Shown: positions 36,401-45,661 of the stretch, one piece after another
Position numbering within the stretch: the first letter of the stretch is position 1
How the letters are laid out: every line of letters starts with the position of its first letter
Assembly (NCBI RefSeq): GCF_000315625.1
Contig: NW_005434672.1
Coordinates: forward strand, 837,374 to 901,373
Reading direction: 5' to 3'
Length of the DNA: 64,000 nucleotides
Source: Guillardia theta CCMP2712
Lineage: Eukaryota; Protista; Cryptophyta
Notes under the pieces: generated by a model
The model's database searches: none
What the model was told of the DNA's origin: nothing
What the model saw: the letters and a program-made list of their open reading frames with translations, nothing else
Position numbers and translations under genes: made by a program

Positions 36401-39400
36401 GCAAACAAACATGAACAAACTGAAAGAGGAGAAGACCGTGTTGCATGAAGAGATCAAGGTACTGAGGAGCCAGCAGGGCGACAGAGTTCAGAAGCAGCAG
36501 GTCGAACAACTGCTGTCAGAGAAGAAGCTTCTCCTGGACGAAGTGACGAAACTTGAGAGCGAGGGTCATCAGAAGGAGACGAAGATAGTGAACTTGCAAC
36601 AGCAGCTACTTTCAGCGCGGAAAGGCAGGGAGGAGGACAGGACGGTTGAAGCCAAGAGAAAATTCTCGCAGGATCTGTTTTCTCTCCTGCAGCGATGTCA
36701 GGCTAATCTTGAGCACTTCAAGGAAATCCTTGAAGATACAGCATGCGGCGTTGACTACGAGGTGCTAAACCTCCTCATCTTCCTCTTGGAAAAGCAGTTG
36801 AAAAGAGGAGAGGAGATAGGGAGAAGGGAAGGGAAGAGGGATCAGAAGCCTCGCGCTCACCGGCTCGCTGCCAAATCAGAAGTCTCTTTGGATCCATCCA
36901 TGTGGATCCGAGATGAGGAGGACGAGGACGAGGACGAGGACGAGGCAGAAGGAGAAGGAGACATTGGCATCAGCCTAAGGAAGCTCGAGACAGGAGAGTT
37001 CGAGTTGCTCGGCATGCAGCATGGTTCGTCTGCTCATCGCTCGGGGGTGCTGGAGGTTGGGGACGTCCTCCTCAAGATCGACGAGCATAGCGTGACTGGC
37101 CTGTCACATGCTCAAGTCTGCTCCTACATCGCAGGCGAGGAGGGGACTTTCGTCCAGCTCGAGCTGCGGAGAGGGGACAGGATCCTCGTCGTGGAGGTCC
37201 GAAGAGAGCTCATGACTCATCGCCGTCCCCCTCCAAGTGCGCAGGCTAGCGGCGAGTTCGACCCCTCAGTGTACGCGGGATCATACGAGGAGGAAGGAGA
37301 GGAGTACGAGGAGGAGGAATGCGGGATCGGACTTTCGGTTGGCAGGGACGAGGAGGGGATGTATCGGGTCACAGAGGTTGTTCTGGGAGGCCCCGCGGAT
37401 GCAACTGGCAGGGTGATGGTGGGAGACGTGCTGCTTGCTGTAGATGGAAAGACAGCGGACGAGACGAGCCCGCAGGTGAGCAGTGTTGGAGGAGAGAGAG
37501 TGGAAGGAGCAGGAGCAGCATTGGAGAACAGGAAGGAGCGAGAAGGAGAGTGGGGAGAAGAGCGGAAGTGTAGTGGAAGCCGAAAATGGTTCTGGATGAA
37601 TGGCTGGGAGAATGAGGGAGATGGAGTGGGAAGGAGGAAGAGGAGGAATGAGCTGGTGGCGGAGAACGGCTGACACGATGTGCAGGAGATTGTGTCCCTC
37701 CTTAGGGGACCTCCGCGATCGCAGTTGGAGCTGAAGATGATGAGAGGTGGGGGCAGACGAGGAGGGGGGGAAAAGTTCGTGGTCCTTGTAGAGCGGCAGC
37801 CTGCTGACGCGCGGGTGTGGCGAGCACTCTCCGAATTCTCTATTTTGCATCCTGAAGAATTTGACGAGAGGTAAAGGAGGAGCGAGGGTTTTCAAAAGCG
37901 TTAGATGACAGTCTCCAGCAGGGGCTTGCAGGAGGAGGAGGAGGAGAAAGAGGAAGAGGAGAGGAGGGGGGGGAGGAGGAGAGGGGGAGCGAAGGAAGAA
38001 ACAAGGTCGAAGAACACTGTGGAAGAGCTGAAGCAGAGCTTGATGAAACGGAACGAGCAGATCACGGTCTCTCCCGCCTCGTCACGCTCCATGGGCCTGA
38101 CTTTATCATCAGACGCTACAGGCTCGGATGGAGGAGGCAGAGAGAGCGAAGGAGGGGCTGCTCGGACATATCAATCAGCTTCTGGCTCGGGCCCAGCAGG
38201 AATCGAGCAAGAGCGAGCAGCAGGCCCCAGAGCGAGGAACGGCAGGTCAAGGTCACACCGTGCCTTTCCCCCCTCCAACCCATCCCTCTTCCTCACTTCG
38301 TCTTTCCCCTCCTCTCCAACCTTTCCGTCCTGATTCTCTTGGTTCCCTCCCTACCTCCCTCCCTCCCTCTCCTCCCTGCTCCTTACATGCAAGCGTAGAA
38401 CCTTCTGGGATCCAACACGATATGGGAGATCGTTTCAGCATCGGCGTGAAATTTCAGCTTGAAGCCAGCGGTTTCTACAAGGTCGTTCAAGTCTCCAAGC
38501 AGATGACGTCAGCAAGAGGAGGGAAGGTAACGGATTTCCCTGCACCCTTCCTGGAGCGCTCTGCGTTTTACTCCTCACACTTCTCCGTGCTCTCCTTACG
38601 TTCCTCTTACATCTTCTTCTCTCCGTTTCTTTTTGCTTTCTCCTGAATGTCTTGCTTGGATGTTCCGACCGAACTTGCGATCTGTCTCCCTCCTTCCACT
38701 GGCTTCCTCCGCTCTGTTCCTCCTATCCTCTATCTCCTCCCAAACATTTTCGTCACCGACTTTCCCTCTGCGCTGCTCGTGTATTATGAATTCAACTTCC
38801 CTCTCCCTGCTCGCTTGCTTTACTCTCACTCTCCCTCCTTCACTCACTCACTCACTTGCCTCTGCAGGCACAGGTGGGCGACACGCTGCTCATGGTAGAG
38901 GGGGTAATGCTGCTCCCTGCTCTTCCCTTCCTGGCTCATCCTCTTCCTCAGAGATCTGTCCTCAGCTTCACCCCCGATCAACTCTTCGATGCTCTTTGCG
39001 GACCCCCAAGCAGCTGGCTGGTGCTCGGCCTGCGGGTAAACTTTGTTCGTCCTGCTCCTCCCAGATTTCTTCCGATGTCCCCGCATCAAACTGCCACAAA
39101 CGCCTCTGCTCCGCCACCACCATACCTCCTGCTTCTCTTCCAAGTCTCGTCCTCCGCTTGCTACTCTCTTCCCCATGTCTGCCTCGCACAAATCCTGTCA
39201 AGTTCTCATAATTCTGTTGTTCTCCTCTTTTCTCTTTCCTGCTTCTGGTTTTCTTGCTTTCCTCATGTTCTGCCATACCTCCACTCCTCCTGACGTCGCG
39301 ACAGCGCATCGATTCCAACGGCCTCCTGGTTGTCATTCATGTGACCCTCCAGCGAACCGAGAAGATCTCGAGACAGACGGAGGTTTTGGAAGCAAACGAG

Positions 39401-41153
39401 GAACGAACGTGAGTGTGGGGTCGGAGGGAGAGCGAAAGTCGAAGGGAAAGGGAGGAGGAGCTGGAGCAGGACCCGGGCAAGAAATGTGAGGAGCAGCAGG
39501 AGATGGAGATGGAGATGGAGATTGAGGAGGTTGTGAATTTTCAGACTAACATCGATCAGCACCAGCAGCACAGTGAAGCTACACACGGACCAACAGCCCT
39601 GTGGTGTTGGCATCACTTTCAGTCGCAGTAAGGTAAGGCAATTGTAGCGTATGCTCGGACCCTGACTCCTCCTCCTCCTCCTCCTCCTCCTCCTCCTCCT
39701 CCTCCTCCTCCTCCTCCTCTCGTCCTCCTCCTTCCCCATATCCTTGCTCCTATACGACAGAATGGATACTTCGTTGTGAAGGCCCTTGCTCCTGGTGGCC
39801 CAGCAGCAAGCAGCAAGCAGGTAGGATGAAGATGAGAGCGAGAGATGGTGGAAGACGAAGAAACAAGGGGAGGGAGAGGACCAGGACTGACTGCACGTTT
39901 GCAGGTCAATGCAGGGGATATGCTGATCTCCGTGGACGGCAAAAAGATTCGAGGGATCCGCTTCGACCAACTGACTTCGCTCATGCTGGGAGAGGAGGTT
40001 GGGAGAGGAGTGGTGGTGCTGGAGGAGGGTGAGGAGGGGGAGGAGCGGGGGAGAGGAGTGATGGTGCTGGTTGAGGAGGAGGATGGGGGGAGGAGGAGGA
40101 GGGGGAGGAGGAGGGGGAAGAGTCGCTGATTCATTCTCAGAACTCGTTGGTCGAGCTTGGCCTGCTAGGAAACGATCATGAGATGATCAAAGTGGCGCTG
40201 AAGCGAGGCAGAGTCGGGCCTGTGGGCAGAGCAGCTGACAAGGTAGAGGAGAGGAGGGAGAAGGTAGAGAGAAGGAGAAGAACGAGAGAAGAGGTGGAGA
40301 ACAAGAGCGAGGGACGAGAAAGGAAGGGTCTGGGTGTTTGGGGGCTGGAGGAGGCGGGAGATTTGCCGTGATGGGAGTCGACAGCGGGCCCGAAGCGCAA
40401 ACTCGTCCCGGAGCCGGCCAGCACATCATGAGGTTCCACTGCAGCCGCTACTAGAGGAGGTGAGCCTGACCTGCCTCCCTCTCCGCTGATTGTTATCTAT
40501 GCGACAGTCGCTGGAAGATACGATGTCTCGCAGGTGAAAGTAGGAGGAGCTGGAGGAAGGACGAGGAAGATGGCTGCTAACATGGCGCAGCTCGGTGAAG
40601 GAGAAGGTGTCGTCCCCCAAGCAAGAGCAACAGAGTCCTGCTGGTGACTCGCGGCTCTACGGGACGGGGATCGTCTTTCACAAGGACACGCAGGTAAGGA
40701 GTGCTTGACGGGGATCGAGGAGAGGAGGGGGGGGCGGGGGGGGCTGAGGAGGGAGGAGAGAAGGTGATAAGTGCTCAGGGATACTTCAACGTCAAGTCAG
40801 TCGTATCTCCTTTCAACCACAGCTCTGCTGGTGTGGAACCTGGAGACATGTTGATGTCGGTCAATGGGAAGACAGTTCATGGGATCAGGCAAGCAGGTAA
40901 GGGTAGAGGCGATCAAGGAGGCGTCTTTTCAGACTGCTGCCGTTGCTCCATGTGCTGCTGCGTTCCCCAGGGGTGTTGGGTGTACAACGACGCTCCATGT
41001 GACATAACATGATGCTGAACAACTTTCATGGCAGAGCTTGCGAGGCTCATTCTCGGACCATACAACTCGGTTGTAAACCTGGGATTTCGAAGACAGGACA
41101 GATCGCACTTTATTGCAACAATCCACAGACTAATTTCAGCACAAAAGATTTGA
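33497..41153 (+). CDS. Large multi-PDZ (7 predicted) / coiled-coil scaffold with SFDPE repeats (multi-exon)
   Basis: Seven PDZ-like units (GxG..., GD.L..(V/I)(D/N)G, L.G..GS.V.L) near 33.6-33.9, 35.6-35.9, 37.0-37.2, 37.3-37.7, 38.4-39.3, 39.6-40.2 and 40.7-41.1 kb, with a coiled coil at ~35.97-36.7 kb. Could be two genes. Confidence 0.78.
34330..34757 (+). repeat. 66-bp coding tandem repeat, ~6.5 copies (ERSISQASFDPEAGGGEISGEL)
   Basis: Units start at ~34395, 34461, 34527, 34593, 34659 and 34725 and are near-identical. Confidence 0.93.
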
Positions 41154-41244
41154 GAAAACATAGGTTGCTTTTTCATCAATGTTCACGCTCACAAAAGATT
41201 GATTTTTGAACTATTTTTTATTGAAATACACACAAGCGTCAAAA

Positions 41245-42663
41245 TTATTTCTTCTTAGCACCACCATCATCGCGAGCAACTGTTGCAATAACCTTGCCAA
41301 GCATCATAACAGTGTTTCCGTCGAGGAAGGCAATGCGGCTCAAGCCCTCGCAGTTCTTGAAGGTGTCGCACACAAGGGGAGTCATGGGTTCGAACTGAGC
41401 CTGGGCAACCTCGTTGGCCTTGAGATGAGGGGGGTTCTCGAGCTTCTGTCCTCCGGTCTCCTTACCCATTTTCCAGTCGATGACGGTCATACGGCAAGCA
41501 GCACGTCCGCATCGCACGAAGCCAATTGGTGAGTATCCTGTCTTAAGCTCTCCGGGGATGTTGTCCAAGGTCTGGATCTGTGCAGTGAAGGACTTGGTTC
41601 CCTTGAGGGTACCATCCTTCTTGTACACCATGACGTCGCCAGAGCGGGGCATGTTGTTCTTGTCAAGACCCTTGATGTTCATGCCGACGTTGTCACCAGG
41701 CTTGGCGGCGTCAACACGCTTGTGGTGCATCTCAACAGTGAAGATCTTGCCTTCGCAAGGGGTACCAGGAGTGTGGGTGGGCATGAAGATGACATCCTCT
41801 CCGGGGTTGACGATTCCCTGCTCAACACGTCCAGCCAAAACGTCACCAACACCCTTGATCTTGTAGATGCCGGAGATGGGGCAGCGCATGGGGGCATCGA
41901 CGTTACGCTTGGGGGGGCGGGCAAAGTCGTTGAGAGCATGGAGGAGGGTCTCGATCTTCATCTTGTCGGTGGAGCCATCAGGAACGACCTCGACTCCGGA
42001 CCACCATCCCATATTGGTGGACTTGGTGAGGAGGTTGTCTCCCATCCATCCGGAGATGGGGATGACGGGGACGGAAGCAGCGACGAACTCCTTCTTCCAT
42101 CCAACACGGATGAGCATGTTCCTCATCTCATCGCGGATCTCGTTGTAGCGCTCCTCCTTGTATCCAGCAGTGTCGGAGTCCATCTTGTTGATGCCGACGA
42201 TGAGCTGCTTGATACCGAGAAGGTTGAGGATACGAGCGTGCTGGCGGGTCTGTCCCTGGATCTCTCCAGCCTTGGCATCTCCCTTCTGGATGGCGGTGGT
42301 GAAGTTACCGTCAGCGGGAACCATGAGAAGAGCGACGTCAGCCTGAGCGGATCCGGAGATCATGTTCTTGATGAAATCCCTATGGCCCGGGGCATCGATG
42401 ATGGTGTAGTGCCACTTGTCGGTGAAGAACTCCTTGGTAGTGCATGCGATGGTCACGCCACGCTCACGCTCCTCCTTCTGCCTGTCCATGTAGAAGGCAA
42501 AGGCGAAGGAAGACTTGCCGAGGTTGGCAGCCTCTTCCTTGAGCTTCTCGAGCTCACGCTCGGGGATACCTCCAAGCTCGAAGAGGAGACGTCCAGTGGT
42601 GGTGGACTTGCCAGAGTCGACATGGCCGCAGATAACGATCGAAAGATGCTCCTTCTCTGCCAT
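41245..42663 (-). CDS. EFL: Elongation factor-like GTPase EFL (EF-1alpha paralogue), intronless
   Basis: MAEKEHLSIVICGHVDSGKSTTTG, FAFAFYMDRQKEERERGVTI, DAPGHRDFIKNMISG, the EFL-type segment AIQKGDAKAGEIQGQTRQHARILNLLG, and NKMD. Strong codon bias. Confidence 0.95.
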   Translation of the reverse strand: MAEKEHLSIVICGHVDSGKSTTTGRLLFELGGIPERELEKLKEEAANLGKSSFAFAFYMDRQKEERERGVTIACTTKEFFTDKWHYTIIDAPGHRDFIKNMISGSAQADVALLMVPADGNFTTAIQKGDAKAGEIQGQTRQHARILNLLGIKQLIVGINKMDSDTAGYKEERYNEIRDEMRNMLIRVGWKKEFVAASVPVIPISGWMGDNLLTKSTNMGWWSGVEVVPDGSTDKMKIETLLHALNDFARPPKRNVDAPMRCPISGIYKIKGVGDVLAGRVEQGIVNPGEDVIFMPTHTPGTPCEGKIFTVEMHHKRVDAAKPGDNVGMNIKGLDKNNMPRSGDVMVYKKDGTLKGTKSFTAQIQTLDNIPGELKTGYSPIGFVRCGRAACRMTVIDWKMGKETGGQKLENPPHLKANEVAQAQFEPMTPLVCDTFKNCEGLSRIAFLDGNTVMMLGKVIATVARDDGGAKKK

Positions 42664-44324
42664 GGCGGCGTGCACGGGGATTGGAGTAGGCTGCCAGCGC
42701 CGAGGCTAAAAGGACTCGAGGGGCTTTTTTTTTTGGCGCACGTGACGGAGAGGGTGGGGTGGGGTAATATTGTACCCCTCTGGTGAACTATCCTGATTGT
42801 TGGGGTAGTTCATGGGAAAGAGGGGGTAGGGTACTGTACCCATTCCTGGGAAAAGCAGGGGGTAGAGCTGCTCGTGGAGCTTGTGGAGAAAGAAAAGCAA
42901 GAGGGGGCGGGCCTTGGGTAGGGTAGGGGTACTAAGTGATAGGGTTCAGTGTCGGGGGGTACCATGAAGAAGCAACTACCCATTTCTGGGGGTGGGTGAC
43001 AGCTTCAATGTGAGCCCCCTTCTTTCTCACAGGGGTGGGTGGTGGTGTTGACGGGGTGAATCTGCTAGAATGATGGGGTGGGAGTTATCGTATTCAAGGG
43101 TACCCCTGGTGTAGCCAGGACAAACTTATCATAAAGTACCCGTGTGTAATCACCCCACCTATCTTTCCACAGCTTCAACCAGGGTGTATGTCCTGTACCT
43201 TCATTCTTAGGGGTAGGGGTACTGGTGACAAGGACAGGATGTCGGTAGGGGGTGGTGACACATAAACACGGGGGTGACTGTAGAGGTAATGAGGGGTGGT
43301 GGTCACACCTCAGATTTTTACGTTGGGCCTGTTGGGACTACTGGGGGGACAAGGGGTGGGCTAATGTACCCCCTCGTATCTAGTTCATTGGGGGGTAGGG
43401 TGCTCAGTGTTTGGAAGCGGTGTAGACGTTTTGTAGCACGGAGGAGTTGAGATTGGTAGATTCAGGGGGGTGGGGTGCTACAAAGTGAAGCTGAGAATGG
43501 TGGGGTGGGTAGGGTCGAGGGCGATGGAGAGAAGGGGGCCTCAAAGGTACAATTAGATAATCGAAGGTATAGCATCTGTACCCAAGACCCCGACAGGGTC
43601 GTGCAGAGATGAAGTGCGATCACAACGACGGGGGTAGGGATGGAGAGTAAGGGGGTGAGTGGGGGTATGGAGGTGGGTTTAAGAGAGTTTGTTGGTGTGA
43701 TGTCAAAGTGATTGGGGGTGGGGTCAGAGATTGGATGGATTTGATGAGGATCGAGGGGGGTGGGTGTTAGCAATTTTCGTCTTTTTTATACGGGGTGGGT
43801 ACCCTCCATTACCCGTGCGTGCCTAGTTAAACCCCCCCATTGAGATCTGGTAGGGTGCATTTTGGGCTTTTGATCGGGGTGAATATCTCATTGGTGGGTA
43901 GTTGAGCATGACCTGAGGGTGGGGTAGTGAGAACGAGATGGGTCTATCTCACTACGGAGTGGTGGGGGTGGAGGGGGTACTCCTTATTCCTTTACCACCC
44001 GTCCACATCCTACACGTGTGCCCCTTGACATACCACCCACCAAAAACATTGGGTTTCAGGGGGTAGGGGTGATGATACTGGTTGTCCGAGGGGGCCGGCG
44101 GCACTTCCCGCATGTGGGGTGGGTAGTAAAGTTTTGAACATGATTGGGTATCCGTGGGGAGGGGGTCCCAAGACGTGTTATTCCACGGGGTACTTCCCTT
44201 ATATCAGGCTGGGGTGGTATGAAGGTCCAAGAACTCCATGGCAAGGTGGGGTAGTCAACGATGACGTCAGGGGATCATAGTGGGGATGTGGGACACAGGC
44301 ACATTTTGAATTGTCCAAAAATTT

Positions 44325-45272
44325 GGGCAATCATCAATTTCCAATCAACAAATTTTTGGAGTAATCATTTTCCAATCAACGAAAGTTTGCAGTAATCATT
44401 TTCCATTCAACTTTTTGAAACAATAATCATTTTCCAATCAAAACTCCCCGTTTCGTACCGTTACACGTATCAGAAACGGTCGTAACCGTATACTTTTGCA
44501 ATCATTTTCCAATCAAAATCAACTTTCAAACTTTCAACTCTCCATTTTGGAACTTTACCCCACCCCTNNNNNNNNNNNNNNNNNNNNNNNNNNNNNNNNN
44601 NNNNNNNNNNNNNNNNNNNNNNNNNNNNNNNNNNNNNNNNNNNNNNNNNNNNNNNNNNNNNNNNNNNGGCCCGGGGAGACTGGGGGGGTGGGAAGGCTGT
44701 AAGAAACACCGGTGTGTTTGACTGATACACTGGTATATGGGGTAGGGTGAACCACCCGGACCCCGTCATGTGACCACTGGGGTAGGGACCGGTGTGTTCG
44801 ATACCGAGTTCTCAGAGGTCGTGAAAGGGGTAGGGGGNNNNNNNNNNNNNNNNNNNNNNNNNNNNNNNNNNNNNNNNNNNNNNNNNNNNNNNNNNNNNNN
44901 NNNNNNNNNNNNNNNNNNNNNNNNNNNNNNNNNNNNNNNNNNNNNNNNNNNNNNNNNNNNNNNNNNNNNNNNNNNNNNNNNNNNNNNNNNNNNNNNNNNN
45001 NNNNNNNNNNNNNNNNNNNNNNNNNNNNNNNNNNNNNNNNNNNNNNNNNNNNNNNNNNNNNNNNNNNNNNAAAGTTGATTTTGATTGGAAAATGATTGCA
45101 AAAGTATACGGTTACGACCGTTTCTGATACGTGTAACGGTACGAAACGGGGAGTTTTGATTGGAAAATGATTATTGTTTCAAAAAGTTGAATGGAAAATG
45201 ATTACTGCAAACTTTCGTTGATTGGAAAATGATTACTCCAAAAATTTGTTGATTGGAAATTGATGATTGCCC
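44325..45272. mobile_element. Mutator (MULE)/Foldback-like DNA transposon; interior mostly in assembly gaps
   Basis: Identical inverted repeats at 44325..44526 and 45071..45272 (202 bp visible, starting GGGCAATC). 9-bp direct repeat CAAAAATTT at 44316..44324 and 45273..45281. Internal AATCATTTTCCAATCAA subrepeats. Confidence 0.85.
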
Positions 45273-45318
45273 CAAAAATTTTGCCCGAAATAACCGGGCC
45301 GGAGGGACTGAACTATTT

Positions 45319-45339
45319 TTAACTTAACTTTGAGTAAAG
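45319..45339 (-). other. Conserved 21-bp element (copy 2, inverted)
   Basis: TTAACTTAACTTTGAGTAAAG is the reverse complement of 20465..20485. Confidence 0.7.
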
Positions 45340-45661
45340 TCCTGACTATGATAAGGTACCGGTCGGTGGCCACCGAATTCAGTGAGATTTGGCCCCGGCC
45401 CCGCGAGCGCCGGGCCGGCCGGCCTTGAAAGTTTCAACCTGTAACAAAGTTTTCAAGTTTGAAATCCTCAAAGTTCCTGCAAATATTCGAGGGAGCATGG
45501 CGGGTATAGGGAGCTGCGGGCGAGTAGAACGATCGACTTTGTGAGAGGAAGAGAACGAGAGAACGAGAGGACAAGAGCGACAGATCAAGGTTGGTTCAAT
45601 GCTGCTTACAGCCAGCTCATGATCCCCTTTCAGTGTTGCTGAGTACTCGACATAGGGTGGG

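Noticed and set aside
41722-42786. 354-aa plus-strand ORF antisense to EFL (likewise 13600..14421 opposite CysRS and 48539..49195 opposite OpdB)
   Set aside because: Shadow ORFs expected from strong codon bias or high GC on the coding strand; no motifs.
44329-44520. Spaced AATCATTTTCCAATCAA repeats resembling a CRISPR array or iterons
   Set aside because: Spacers are only ~14 bp, there are no cas genes, the context is eukaryotic, and the array is mirrored as part of a TIR.
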